Origin: Octopus vulgaris
Lineage: Eukaryota
NCBI GenBank assembly: GCA_951406725.2
Contig: OX597830.1
Location: 63,550,001 to 63,614,000, forward strand
DNA: 64,000 bases
Direction: 5' to 3'
This document shows, one piece after another, positions 16,998 to 30,497 of the stretch. Numbering within the stretch: position 1 is the stretch's first letter; every line of letters begins with the position of its first letter. The notes under the pieces are model-generated. The model made no database searches. It was not told the origin of the DNA and saw only the letters and a list, made by a program, of their open reading frames with translations. Position numbers and translations under genes: made by a program.

Positions 16998-18003
16998 ATA
17001 TATATACATATATACGACAGGCTTCTTTCAGTTTCCGTCCACTCACAAGGCATTGGTCGGCCCAAGGCTATAGCAGAAGACACTTGCCCAAGATGCCACG
17101 CAGTGGGACTGAACCTTGAACCATGTGGTTGGTTAGCAAGCTACTTACCACACAGCCACATTTTTTATTTATATTTTATTTACACTTTTAGCACTTTCTT
17201 CTGTTATCAGATTTATTAAAAAGTGGTTTAAAGTTAGATGGAAGAAAGGGCTAAAAGTATAAATAAAATGTTAATAAAAATATATATAATCACCCAACAT
17301 TCTGACTACCTTATTATTCTATATATATATATTTCTTTATTACCCACAAGGGGCTAAACATAGAGAGGACAAACAAGGACAGACAAAGGGATTAAGTCGA
17401 TTACATCGACCCCAGTGCGAAGCTGGTACTTTTATTTATCGACCCAGAAAGGATGAAAGGCAAAGTCGACCTCGGCGGAATTTGAACTCAGAACGTAACG
17501 ACAGATTAAATACCGCTAAGCATTCCGCCCGGCGCGCTAACGTGTCTGCCAGCTCACCGCCTTATTCTATATATATATAAAAGATCACAATGAGGGCTGG
17601 AATTTGCATTCTAGTGGTTTACTAACTACAGCACTCTTACGGTGTCTATTGATTTCGATCATCAGTGGCCTAAAACCTTCTATTAAAAAGCACCATCCGT
17701 TCATGGCCGTTTGCCAGACTCATCTGGCACCACCATCCGTTCGTGACCGTTGCCGACCCGACTGGCCTCGTGCCGGTGGCACATAAAAAGCACCATCTGT
17801 CTGTGGCCGTTTGCCAGCTCCGTCTGGCACCTGTGCGGGTGGCACGTAAAAAGCACCCACTACACTCACGGAGTGGTTGGCATTAGGAAGGGCATCCAGC
17901 CGTAGAAACACTGCCAGATCAGACTGGGCCTGATGCAGCCTTCTGGCTTCACAGACCCCAGTTGAACCGTCCAACCCATGCTAGCATGGAAAGCGGACGC
18001 TAA

Positions 18004-18035
<32 letters not shown>

Positions 18036-19109
18036 ATACAGTGCTGGTGCCACTTCAAAACCATCCAGTGTACACTGTAAAGTGATTAGTATTTGGAAGA
18101 GCATCCAGCTTAAAAAATCCATGCCAAAACTGACCTCACATGTGCTGGTGCCATGTAAAAAGAACTTAGCTTACTCTGCAGGGTGGGTGATATTAGGAAT
18201 GGCATCCAGCTGTAAAAAACTGTGCTAATATGGTGCAGGTTTCTGCCTGGCCAGCTCCTGTCAAACTGTGCAACCTATGCCAGCATGGAAGAAGGACATG
18301 AAATAATGATGATGATGATATATATACCTGGTATGTAGCCAGTCGACTTATACATACCTTTCCTTCTTGGGACACAAAACTCCACTTGTGAAGACCCGTT
18401 GAGGCAAGTGAAAATCAAAAAATCAAAATCAAATCAGATATCAGAAAGCAGAACCAAAATCGAAGTCGATCAACATCAATGGAAATTGCGGCTGTGATAC
18501 CAGTGCCGGTGACACGTAAAAAGCACCATCCATTCGTGGCCGTTGCCAGTGCCGCCCCGACTGGCCTCCGTGCCGGTGGCACGTAAAAGCACCATCCGTT
18601 CGTGTCCGTTGCCAGCCTCGCCTGGCCCCTGTGCCGGTGGCATGTAAAAGCACCATCCGTTCGTGGCCGTTTGCCAGCACCGTCTGGCACCTGTGCAGGT
18701 GGCACGTAAAAAGCACCCACTACACTCACGGAGTGGTTGGCGTTAGGAAGGGCATCCAGCCGTAGAAACACTGCCAGATCAGACTGGAGCCTGGTGCAGC
18801 ATTCTGGCTTCACAAACCCCAGTTGAACCGTCCAACCCATGCTAGCATGGAAAGCGGACGCTAAATGATGATGATGATGATGATGATGATATATATATAT
18901 ATATGTATATATTAAAGTGTGTTTGGAGGGATATATTATCTGGGTTATGCTGTATTAGCTCTCAGTTAAGTTTCGGTTAATGGTTAACCAATTTGATTGG
19001 TATTTTAATGTCTATGACTACAATTTATTACTTGTGACTCTGTGAATTGTTCCGATGGGTAATTCCGTGTATGCTTTGCTGGACGTTAAAAATTGATTGA
19101 ATTATATAT

Positions 19110-19268
19110 TTTTATTAATAATGAAGAGTATGGAGACTTGTACATTCACAAAATTTATTTTATAATCTTATACAGCGTATTATAATGACCAGTAATATAA
19201 TATACTGTATAAGGTTATAAAATAAATTTTCTGAATGTACAAGTTTCCATACTCTTTATTACTAATAA
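19110..19268. repeat. About 160-bp fold-back element
   Basis: aagagtatggagacttgtacattcacaaaatttattttataa mirrors ttataaaataaattttctgaatgtacaagtttccatactctt. Confidence 0.75.
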
Positions 19269-20659
19269 TATTATAGACACACAGACGCACAACGGGTTTC
19301 CACTATGTTTTACCTGCCATTTTCATTCACAAGGCATTGGTTGAAGCAGGCCTATGGTGAAAACACTTGCACAATGAGACATATTAGGATTGAACCTGAT
19401 AGTATGGAGTTGCAGAGTGGGATACTTAACCACACAGCCACACCTAATGTTTAAGTTTCTCACAAAAATTGATGAAATAAAGCCATAAGCACCCAGCACA
19501 CCCTGTAAAGTGGTTGGTGTTAGGAAGGGTACCCAGCTGTAGAAATTGTGCCCAATCAGACTGGAGTCTGATGCAGCCTCACAGCTTGCCAGCTCTGGTC
19601 ACACCATCCAACCCATGCTAGCATAGACAACAGACGTTAAATCAGATGATGATGATGATGATGGTGATAGTGAATCGGTGCAGGTGTGACTGTGTCATTG
19701 ACGAGCTCACTTCCCAACCACATGGTTTTAGTTTCAATCCCAGCACATAGCATATCTTGGCCATGTGCTTTCTTATATATCCTCTGGCCAACCAAAACCT
19801 TTGAGTAGATTTGGTAGATGGGAACTGAAAGAAGCCCAACATATATACATATATACTGCATGGCACCTTGGGCAAGTACCTTCTAGTATAGCCTTGGGTC
19901 TACAAAAGACTTGTGAGTGGATTTGGTAGACGAAAACTGGAAAAAGCCCATTCTATAAATACATATACGTATATATTTATGTGTGTGTCTTTGTATCGGT
20001 GTTTGTCCCCCTCACCTCCACCAACATTATTTGTGTTTATGTCTCTGTAACTTAGTAGTTTGGCAAAGGAGAACGAGAGAATAAGTACTAGGCTTACAAA
20101 GAATAAGTCCTGGGATCAATTTGCTCAACTAAAGGTGGTGCTCCAGCATGGCCGCAGTCAAATGACTGAAACAGGTAAAAGAATAAAAGAAGTATTAAAC
20201 CTCATCTTTACAGATGAAAACTGATGAAATCTGTTTTAATATTTATTTACATCTTCAAAGGTTGTGAGAGATGGCAGAATTGTTATCACACCTGGCAAAA
20301 TACTTAGTGGAATTTTTGACCATCTTTACTGGGTGCCAGGCAATGGGACTAAACCCCAGATCATTCAGAGCAAACATGTCTGGTCATGTGGAAAAATTAC
20401 CTTTCTTGGAAAAGGGTTAGAGTTGGCAATAGGGAAGACATCCAGCTGTAGAAAATCTGCATCCATAAACTCCATCCAATTCATGTAAGCATAAAAAAGG
20501 GGACGGTAAAATAACAGTGATGAAATAGGGATTAAAGCAGCTTCCTTCTTACATTGTAAAAGGGGAGATGAGATATATTTATATGAGTCTCTTGTTTTTA
20601 GACATGTTTCTCATTGGTTTTATTTTCATTCCAGATCACTCCATGTTCCTCCACATTTT

Positions 20660-20888
20660 ATGATGAATTCTCATCCGATTTCCAAAAAAGGCTGGCTCAG
20701 GAAGCTCGGCGGGATTGTGAAGACTTGGCAGAGACGTTGGATTGTACTCAATGGAAACATCTTGTTTTACTTCACCAGAGAAGATGACCAGAAGTCCCTT
20801 GGTTCAATCCTTCTCCCCGGCAACAGGGCCTTTGCCCATTCTTATAGTCCTGGCAATCCAGATAAATATATTTTTGAAATTGAACCAG
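20660..20888 (+). CDS. ARHGAP22/24/25-like RhoGAP, coding exon A (N-half of PH domain)
   Basis: MMNSHPISKKGWLRKLGGIVKTWQRRWIVLNGNILFYFTREDDQKSLGSILLPGN...YIFEIEP is a canonical PH domain start. Acceptor ttttcattccAG ends at 20634 and the frame is open from there to ATG 20660. Donor G|GTATTA at 20888/20889 (phase 1). Confidence 0.93.
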
Positions 20889-21114
20889 GTATTATTTGTC
20901 TTTTTATCTTTTACTTGTTTCAATCACTAGACTGCGCCCATGCTGGGGCATCACCTTAAAGAATTTTAGTTGAACAAATTAACCCCAGTTCTTATATTAT
21001 TTTTGTTTTTGCTTTTAAGCCTTGTACTTATTCTATTTAAAAAATAGTCTCTTTTGCCAAACTGCTAAGTTATAGGGACATAAATACACCAATGCTAGTT
21101 GTCAAGCCAGTAGT

Positions 21115-21169
<55 letters not shown>

Positions 21170-21904
21170 GATGGGCTTCTTTCAGTTTCCATCCACCAAA
21201 TCCACTCACAAGGCTTTGGTCAGTCCAAGGCTCAAGTAGAAGACATTTGTCCAAGATGACATGCAGTGGGATTGAACTTAGAACCATGTGGTTGGGAAGC
21301 AAACTTCTTAACCATACAGTCACACCTGTACCTATAAAAGTGAGATGCTTCCAGCTCCTAGGTTTTCCAAGCGGTCACCTACATGAGAATTGGTGGTTCC
21401 AACATGATATGGCCTTCGTTTTGACTGCTTTCTGTTATAGTATTCTGGCCATGCTGGGGCACTGTTTGCAAAAATATACAAACAATTACATTGACCACAG
21501 TACATATTTTATTAACCTTGGTAGGTGAAAGGCAAAGTAGACTTGTATGGGATTTGAACTCACATCATAAAGGAATGTAACCATTTAAATGCCACAATGT
21601 ATTTTGGTTGATATTTTACCTGTTTTAAAATTCATTTGCCATATTTATTTAGAAAATAATATTTTACACTTTTAAAGGCAGCGAGCTGGCAGAAACGTTG
21701 GTAAGTCAGGCGAAATGTTTAGCAGTATTTCTTCTGTCTCTACGTTCTGAGTTCAAATTCTGCTGTGGTCAACTTTGCCTTTCATCCTTTCAGGGTTGAT
21801 AAATTAAATACCAGTTGCATACTGGGTCAATCTAATCGACTGGCTCCCTCCCCCAAAATTTTGAGCCTTGTTTCTAGAGTAGAAAACAATATTTTACATT
21901 TTTT

Positions 21905-21955
<51 letters not shown>

Positions 21956-22415
21956 AAATAGAAAGATGAATTTTCTTGTTACAGATTATTCAAAAGTTTT
22001 TGTTCTGTCAACGGAATTCCTGTTTTTTTCCTGAAGAGAAAGCCACAATATGGTACCCTTATTTAATCAGAATTTGGAAATTTGTGGCCTTTGAAACATG
22101 TGTAGAATGTAATAAAAGGAATTCTGTACAATCTTCGTTCAACTCCATTTCTTCCATTCACTAATAATATATATATATATATGTATATATATAAGGAAAA
22201 ATGCATTAAATAGTACAAAACATACACATAGGTCAGAAACTGAAGGACCGTAATTCTTCATTGGTTATTGATAAAAAATACAAATACTCAGTTTTGTGTG
22301 TGTGTATATATATATGTGGGCAATAAAGAAATAAATGTGTAGGAGTTGCTACAATTGACTTCTGTCCTTTCTATAACTGTATGGCTTTTCTTGGGGGTAA
22401 TTATCAGAAGCAGCA

Positions 22416-22451
<36 letters not shown>

Positions 22452-22455
22452 ACTG

Positions 22456-22505
<50 letters not shown>

Positions 22506-22517
22506 GTAATGTTTCAG

Positions 22518-22643
22518 ACAAGAATATGAAAGCTTCAAACCCGACACCTCACGAAGTCTCCTTGTTCTGTTGCGAGTCAGAAGCCGAGAGGCAAGAATGG
22601 ATTCGTGCCATACGGAAAGTGATCTACGGACCAAATGGAGGGG
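22518..22643 (+). CDS. ARHGAP22/24/25-like RhoGAP, coding exon B (PH C-terminal helix)
   Basis: tttcAG acceptor. (D)KNMKASNPTPHEVSLFCCESEAERQEWIRAIRKVIYGPNGG includes the PH terminal W-helix. Donor G|GTAAGC. Phase 1/1 matches the neighbouring exons. Confidence 0.93.
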
Positions 22644-22670
22644 GTAAGCAAGTGTTTCTTCTGTATTTCT

Positions 22671-22717
<47 letters not shown>

Positions 22718-23561
22718 AAAACCATGTTTTGTTTTTGTTGTTGTTTTCATTTTAACCCCTAGCCAGCCCTGCCTGAGCAGGCTGCATTCAAACTGTGAGC
22801 CCTTCGTCATCCTTTATTCAAATATAACATACCAACTTGTAGTGGTATGCTTTGTCTGTATTTAAAGCTATGTTCTCTGCTGAAGAAGTCTTTAGCCTTA
22901 TAGGTTCCATTACAGTCTTCAAGTCGTATTTATCACAGGTGCTGGTATGGCTGGATGCCTAAGGAGTTTGCTTATCCAACCATCTGGTCCTGGGTTCAGT
23001 CCCACTATGTAGAGCGTTTAGAGATATGCTATGACGGCGAAGACTGGACAAATAACATGAGTTCATGGCTGTTTCCTGCACCAGCTTCACATAGAAACCC
23101 CAGCCCATCCAAAGTGCCTTGGATCGCAGGATGGCCTGCTGTACTTACCTTGTATCGTAAGGCGACCTGCTGTGCTTCAGGAGACCTGTTGAGTCAAGTA
23201 CATCACCATCAAAAAATCAAATGGAAATTGTAGTTGTGATACCTGTGCTGGTGGCATGTAAAAAGCACCATCTGTACGTGGCTGATGCTAGCACCGCCTT
23301 GACTGGCTTCCGTGCCGGTGGCATGTAAAAAGCACCAACTGATCATGGCCATTTCCAGCCTCCCCTGGCACCTGTGCTGGCGGCATGTAAAAAGCACCCA
23401 CTACACTCACAGAGTGGTTGGCATTAGGAAGGGCATCCATCTGTAAAAACACTGCCATATCAGACTGGGGCCTGGTGCAGCCTCCTGGCTTCCCAGATCC
23501 CGGTCGAACCGTCCAACCCATGCTAGCATGGAAAACGGACGTTAAACGATGATGATGATGA

Positions 23562-23608
<47 letters not shown>

Positions 23609-23640
23609 TGTATATATGTATGTGTGTATATATGTATGTG

Positions 23641-23684
<44 letters not shown>

Positions 23685-23703
23685 ATGTGTATATATATAT
23701 GTA

Positions 23704-23741
<38 letters not shown>

Positions 23742-23810
23742 ATATATTTCTATATGTATGTACATATATATATATATATATATATAAGATATATTTCTAT
23801 ATGTATGTAA

Positions 23811-24987
23811 ATAATTGAAGAGGTGAACTCAGAAATAATGTTTAGGTCAATCAGTAAATTCCCAAACAGAAAACACATAGACGTGAAATTTTTAAAATAC
23901 TTTAAAAAAATACATTAATCCATATTAATACAGATCAATACAAATTCATATCTATATATAAAATCATAACATATAAACATATAAATAAAAATATAAATTA
24001 AAAGAAAGTAAAACTATGCGAGGTGTAAATATGGTGAGTGCAAACGAAAGAGAAGACATTAACAGTAATAGAAAAAGACACTGAAAATAAAATGATAAAC
24101 TACCTATAAAAAAGTACGTTTAAATATTTGTTGTGCAAGATTTTTTATGTGAAGTCGTGTGTTGAAACAGATATTGTTATATTTCGGAATGGTCATATTG
24201 CCAGTTTAGCCAATAAAAACACACGCACTATATATTTGGTGTTATTTTGCTTCAGTGATATTTATTTTTTATTGGCTAAACTGGCAGTATGACCATTCCG
24301 AAATATAACAATACCTATAAAAAAATTATACAACATATATAAATTATATAACAGCAGGAAGGCATCGAAGTCATTGTACAGCAAAGATAGGTGAAACAGC
24401 TCTGAGAACAAATAACTACATTAGTAGAATAGATCAGAAAATTTACAATTAAGAATTAAACTTTTGAACTTTTTGCCTTACAAAAATGTACTCCAGAAAT
24501 GGCTAGTGAAAGGACTTCCTCTAATAACAAGACTCTATCCTTAATTCTTAATCTTTAATTGCAAATTTTTTTATCTATTCTACTAATGTAGTTATTTGCT
24601 CTCTGAACTGTGTTAACTATCTTTGCTGTACAACGACTTCGATGCCTTCCTGTTGTTATATAATTTATATATGTTGTATAATTTTTTTATCGGTTGTTTA
24701 TCATTTTATTTTCAGTGTCTATTTCTATTACTATTTCTATTAATGTGTTCTCTTTCGTTTGCACTCACCATATTTACACCTTGCATATTTTTACTTTCTT
24801 TTAATTTATATTTTTATTTATATATTTATATGTTATGATTTTATATATATAAATTTGTATTGATCTGTATTAATATGGATTAATGTATTTTTTTAAAGTA
24901 TTTTAAAAATTTCACGTCTATGTGTTTTCGGTTTGGGAATTTACTGATTGACCTAAACATTATTTCTGAGTTCCCCTCTTCAATTAT
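23811..24987. repeat. About 1.18-kb AT-rich inverted repeat (fold-back element)
   Basis: Left end ataattgaagaggtgaactcagaaataatgtttaggtc mirrors right end gacctaaacattatttctgagttcccctcttcaattat. Arms align inward to about 24455 and 24540. Confidence 0.85.
24114..24311. mobile_element. Small fold-back insertion nested in the left arm of the large palindrome
   Basis: About 48-bp internal inverted repeats and an unmirrored ~58-bp left tail. 13-bp TSD TACCTATAAAAAA at 24101-24113 and 24312-24324. Absent from the mirror arm. Confidence 0.8.
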
Positions 24988-25145
24988 AATTTGTCTCAGA
25001 TTCATTCTGAGCACATTTCAGTTACAGCTCATATATCTAGAAAGAAAGGTTTAATAGTATATGTATGTGTGTGTGTATACACACACACACAGGTTTATAT
25101 GTTTGTACACACGTACACACACACATATATATGTACATATATGTG

Positions 25146-25201
<56 letters not shown>

Positions 25202-25229
25202 CACATGTACATATGTATATATATGCATA

Positions 25230-26165
25230 TATTAATAATAAAAGGGTAAAATTAATTAATTAATTAATAATTTCACCAAGTAGATCGGTACGTTAAAATA
25301 CCTTTATGAGGTAAAATCGTGCAAATATTCTATAATTATAAACATAATTATAATTAGGGGTCAGCTAATTGCTTCACCACATACCGAATTTAGAAATAGG
25401 AGTTAAAAATTCCTTTTCTACTACCGTAAGAATCTCCCAGACAGTAACACATTTTCATCATCATCATCGTTTAACGTCCGTTCTCCATGCTAGCATGGGT
25501 TGGATGGTTCGACCGGGGATCTGGGAAGCCAGAAGGCTGCACCAGGCTCCGGTCTTATCTGGCAATGTTTCTACAGCTGGATGCCCTTCCTAACGCCAAC
25601 CACTCCGTGAGTGTAGTGAGTGCTTTTTACGTGCCACCTGCACAGGTGCCAGGCGAGGCTGGCAACGGCCACGGTTGGATTGGTGTATTTTATGTGCCAC
25701 CGGCACGGAAGCCAGTCGAGGCGGAGCTGGCATATGCAAAAAGAAAAATAATGAATCCTCACATCTCCGATTAGCCACATACACGTTTCTAGATTAAAAT
25801 ATATTCACTTATTTATTTCTCATCATCAGTGTAGCATTCTGAGTATAAAATTTGAAAGTGTTAGGATTAAATATGTACACTATTGAGCATCATCGTGCAA
25901 CAGATATCCAACCAACACTTCCAAAATTTACACAGCCGAATGTGAATACATATTTATCCCATTGTACCCATGTGTATGTCACGAGCAATACCACAGAAAC
26001 TGCAGTATTTCAATCTTTTTGCCTACATAAAAAAGTGTGTTACTGTCTGGGAGATTCTTATGGGAGTAGAAAAGGAATTTTTAACTCCTATTTCTTAATT
26101 CGGTATGTGGTGAAGCAATTAGCTGCCCTCTAATTATAATTATGTTTATAATTATAGAATATTTG
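25230..26165. mobile_element. Inverted-repeat element with hammerhead, interrupted by an RTE-tail repeat
   Basis: About 135-bp inverted arms at 25322-25455 and 26031-26165, a left tail, and an internal hammerhead at 25774-25835. Confidence 0.65.
25774..25835 (-). ncRNA. Type I hammerhead ribozyme motif
   Basis: Minus strand: GCTACA CTGATGA [TGAGA...TCTA] GAAAC GT GTA TGTGGC. 6-bp stem I with one G-U pair, minimal stem III. Confidence 0.72.
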
Positions 26166-26175
26166 TATATATGCA

Positions 26176-26215
<40 letters not shown>

Positions 26216-26261
26216 ATTGGAATGATAATGGATTAAAGAAAATAATGAAATTGATGTAAAT

Positions 26262-26424
26262 AGGCGCAGGAGTGGCTGTGTGGTAAGTAGCTTGCTAACC
26301 AACCACATGGTTCCGGGTTCAGTCTCACTGCGTGGCATCTTGGGCAAGTGTCTTCTGCTATAGCACCGGGCCAACCAATGTTTTGTGAGTGGATTTGGTA
26401 GACGGAAACTAAAAGAAGCCTGTC

Positions 26425-26458
<34 letters not shown>

Positions 26459-26550
26459 TCATCGTTTAACGTCTGTTCTCCATGCTAGCATGGGTTGGAC
26501 GGTTCGACCGGGGATCTGGGAAGCTAGAAGGCTGCACCAGGCTCCAGTCT

Positions 26551-26583
<33 letters not shown>

Positions 26584-26784
26584 TTGTGTTTGTCCCCTAG
26601 CATTGCTTGACAACCGATGCTGGTGTGTTTACGTCCCCGTCACTTAGCGGTTCGGCAAAAGAGACCGATGAATAAGTACTGGGCTTACAAAGAATAAGTC
26701 CCGGGGTCGATTTGCTCGACTAAAGGCGGTGCTCCAGCATGGCCGCAGTCAAATGACTGAAACAAGTAAAAGAGTAAAAGAGTA
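26262..26784 (+). mobile_element. tRNA-derived SINE family B with internal (TA/TG)n and (AAAAGAGT)n tail, representative copy
   Basis: A-box TGGCTGTGTGG and B-box GGTTCAGTC, with a nested fragment at 26456-26550. Other copies near 14668, 16742(-), 20905(-), 31487, 46085(-), 46650(-), 60160 and 61430. Confidence 0.8.
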
Positions 26785-26807
26785 ACTAGACACTTCTTGG
26801 ACTGCTT

Positions 26808-26845
26808 CCTTCTGAGAATGGATCTTTGAACCTGAAATATAAAGG
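26808..26845 (+). ncRNA. Degenerate minimal hammerhead-like motif
   Basis: CCTT CTGAGAA T GGATC TTT GAACC T GAAAT ATA AAGG. Perfect 4-bp stem I but a C3/A8 mismatch. Confidence 0.4.
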
Positions 26846-27929
26846 CTTTTGTAAAATTTTCAGCAGTGTTAGACGTTTTCTTTGTTTTCCTTTTCTTTTT
26901 CTATTTTTGTACTACAATGCTTCAAGCAAACCACAACACTCTTATTTATATTTTTAGTTTTGGTATGAGTGCTCCTTGATCAAACCTACATTAACTCTTC
27001 TAAAATTCACTTGGTTAGAGGAGGGCAACATTAGGGAAGATACTCCTTGTACCTTCAGGATCCACCCTGGTCTCTATTTGCAGGTCCACCTTAGTTAACT
27101 CCCACCTCCTCTTCTATAACGTGAGTTGCCCTGTATCTCTTCTGCAGTAAAAGCCCTGTTCCATCTTCTGTCTTCATACTCTAATCATTCATCACCAGCA
27201 TAATATTGCCTCCCTCTTTGTGTAGTCCAGCTTAGTCAAAGGAGGCCTTAGTCTTATAAGTTATATGGCAACTGGGGCCACTACAGCTGGGGCCACAAAC
27301 ATCAAATAAAAACACTAGTGCTATCTGCAAAGTGGTTGGCACTAGGAAGGGCATCCAGCTGTAGTAACCATGGCAAAGCAGACATTGGAGCATAACACAG
27401 TCTTTGGACCTTTCGGATCCTATCAAACCATCCAAGTCAAGCCAGCATGGAAGATGGAAATTAAATGATGGTGATGGTGGTGGTGGTGGTGATGATGAGG
27501 ATGATGACAGTGATGATGATAATGGTTACAATGACAGTGGTGTTGCTGTTGTCATCATTGCCACCATCAACCTTCTTCCGCAGAGTTTCCCTTGTACTAT
27601 GTATGTACTTTGTCTATTAGCCTCCAGTTAAAACTGTGGTGACATAGACCTGCTTGATCTGACAAATACTTTGGAACTGACCAATAAATCAGCTTTGTTC
27701 TATTTTTTTCCATTAGTCATGGTCAGTGCACTTTGGATTGGTTCGTTTGTACTCGGAAGGCAGGACTTGAAATATCTGGTATTTTCAAAGGAAGATATCT
27801 TGTTTTACCGTAACAAAATCACATGCAGATTTTTCTTATGAAATTAATACATGAAGTTGATATATGATGATGTAGATATGTTTGTGGAATATATGACCGA
27901 CCATGTGTGTGTGTGTGTGTGTGTATAAA

Positions 27930-28767
27930 CAGAGTACGATGGGTAAATTGTTGCCATTTTACATTTTTAATTTCATGCCTGCATATTGTTTGTTTTTGAT
28001 TTTGTTGACTACACAGTATAGTAGGGTCAGTTGGGTACTGTCTGTGAGAAAAACTGCACCAGGATGCAATTCACTCTGCCAGAAATTTCAAAACAACATG
28101 CTATACTGCTTGGCATTCGCACCGGAAGCTCCAGTCAGAACATTTCAGAGTGTTTGGGTGTCAATCTGAGGACAGTGCAATCTGAGTACATGTACTGAGA
28201 GTAACAAAAACCAAACATCCAGTCAACATCATGGTGTTTGGAGTGATCACTAGTGATGATAACATTATGCCTCCATTCACCTTCCCACACAGCCTCAAAC
28301 TCAACACGGAGGCCTATATCAAGGGCCTTGGAGGGTGGCTGCTGGAAGACCCTATATCTGGCAACAGAACTCTGCACCATGACACACAAGGAGGAGAACC
28401 CAGTCATGGCTGTCAGACAATTTCTTCGACCACATGACCCCTAACATCTAGCCATCTAACTCTCCAAATTGCAACCCCCTTGATTATTATGTGTGCGGCA
28501 CAGTTGAGTGAGTGACCATGAACTAAAGGCAAGAATTATGGCAGCATTTACCAGCATAAACAAAGAGATCCTCCAGAAGAGTCACAGGAGATTCCGAAAT
28601 TGTCTGGAGGCTGTGGTTGAAGCCAATGGCGATTTTATTGAATGAATTTACTCTTTAGTATTTCAAGATATTTTTTTGTAATTTTGGTAAACATATCTGT
28701 TAGAATGAGATGGCAGTGTTATTTTCCTTTTTGCATAATTTAGATGACAGTTTACTCACTGCACCCT

Positions 28768-28768
<1 letters not shown>
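27930..28768 (+). mobile_element. Internally deleted Tc1/mariner-superfamily (maT/DD37D-like) transposon relic
   Basis: MVFGVITSDDNIMPPFTFPHSLKLNTEAYIK and PSNSPNCNPLDYYV (WPPNSPDxNPLDY type). Degenerate TIRs starting CAG(A/G)GT. Confidence 0.75.
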
Positions 28769-28818
<50 letters not shown>

Positions 28819-28852
28819 TACACATTTTATATATATAATTATGTTGATAGCA

Positions 28853-28883
<31 letters not shown>

Positions 28884-29410
28884 TTGGAGAGAGAATCAGA
28901 ATCGAAATCGATCAATGGAAATTGCAGCTGAGTTACCATTGCCGGTGGCACGTAAGAGAACCATCCGAACGTGGCTGTTGCCAGCCCCGCCCTGACTGGC
29001 CTCGTGCCGGTGGCACGTAAAAAGCACCATCCGTTCATGGCCGTTGCTAGCGCCGCCCCGACTGGCCTCATGCCAGTGGCACGTAAAAAGCACCATCCGT
29101 TCGTGGCCATTGCCAGCCTCGCCTGGCCCCCGTGCCAGTGGCACGTAAAAAGCACCATCCGTTCGTGGCCGTTGCCAGCCTTGCCTGGCCTCCGTGCCGG
29201 TGGCACATAAAAAGCACCATCCGATCGTGGCCGTTTGCCAGAGTCGTTTGGCAGGAAGGGCATCCAGCCGTAGAAACATTGCCAGATCAAACTGGGCCTG
29301 GTGCAGCTTTCTGGCTTCCCAGACTCCAGTTGAACCGTCCAACCCATGCTAGCATGGAAAGTGGACGCTAAACGATGATGATGATGATGATATATATATA
29401 TATATATATA

Positions 29411-30037
29411 TAATGGAATAATTACTATGAAGCATTGCGTAGAATATATTGCATAAAAGATTGTGGCTAAGACCAAAACAAGGCAAAGTAAATGCAAGGT
29501 AAATCACAAGAAAACAAATATGTGAATTAATGTAGACTTACCTTGTATTCAATATTTCAGAGTTATGACCCCATTTTCAAGAAATTGATGAATGTTGCCG
29601 ATGTGTGTGTATGTGAGCATGTGTGGAGTGGTCATACACAGAAGGATGTTGCTATAGCAAGGCAGCAAGCTTCCTGTAACTCCCTTCTATTGTTGATCTT
29701 CGGTTTCTTTTGGTGTATGAGGAGGGCCTCAGAGATTCTGGAACAGGGGCAACTGTAGAATCTCTGAGGCCGTCCTCACACACCAAAAGAAACCTAAGAT
29801 CAACAATAGAAAGGAGTTACAGGAAGCTAGCTGCTTGCTATAGCAACACCTTTCCGTGCATGTACACTCCACACACACGCATATCGGCAGTATTCGCCAA
29901 TTTCTTGAAAATGGGGTTCATAACTCCAAAATATTGAATACTAGGTGAGTCTACATTAATTCACATATTTGTTTTTTTTGTGATTTACCTTGCATTTACT
30001 TCGCATTGCTTTGGCCTTACCCACGATCTTTTGTACA

Positions 30038-30040
<3 letters not shown>
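29411..30040. mobile_element. Penelope-like non-autonomous fold-back element (copy 1)
   Basis: About 290-bp inverted arms centred near 29745, an unmirrored left tail, and a hammerhead variant followed by AAG|GTAAGT. Confidence 0.7.
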
Positions 30041-30130
<90 letters not shown>

Positions 30131-30131
<1 letters not shown>

Positions 30132-30345
30132 ATAGAAGGAGCTTTACAGGACTAGAACTGTTTCATTCAAAAGAAATCATCAGGAAGCTAGTTGACAAGA
30201 ACTCTTGTCAACTAGCTTCCTGATGATTTCTTTTGAATGAAACAGTTCTAGTCCTGTAGAAGCTCCTTCTATATAATAAATTAATTTACTCTGCTATGTA
30301 TTGAGTACCTTATTTACTGTGGTTAACCCCGACTCAACCCGGGAC
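30131..30345. mobile_element. Near-perfect 70-bp-arm fold-back with hammerhead and right-hand tail
   Basis: Arms 30131-30200 and 30203-30273 with a 2-nt spacer. The tail carries AATAAA...TTACTCT...GTATTGAGTAC. Flanked by (TA)n. Confidence 0.75.
30214..30264 (+). ncRNA. Type I hammerhead ribozyme motif (mirror copy on - strand at 30140-30189)
   Basis: AGCTTC CTGATGA T-TTC TTTT GAA-T GAAACAG ttctagtc CTGTA GAAGCT. All three stems present, GUA cleavage triplet. Confidence 0.78.
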
Positions 30346-30349
30346 CTAC

Positions 30350-30397
<48 letters not shown>

Positions 30398-30457
30398 CTT
30401 ACACCTAATTAAATTACTTAAATTACTTAAATTATTTTGTCAGCATTTTCTTCATTT

Positions 30458-30497
<40 letters not shown>

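Noticed and set aside
18955-19000. GGTTAA-CCA-TTAACC-GAAAC hairpin on - strand
   Set aside because: No CUGANGA segment or stem I.
28940-29240. CRISPR-like repeat/spacer pattern (also 18500-18720)
   Set aside because: The spacers are related to each other and the array is internal to a dispersed eukaryotic retroelement. There are no cas genes.
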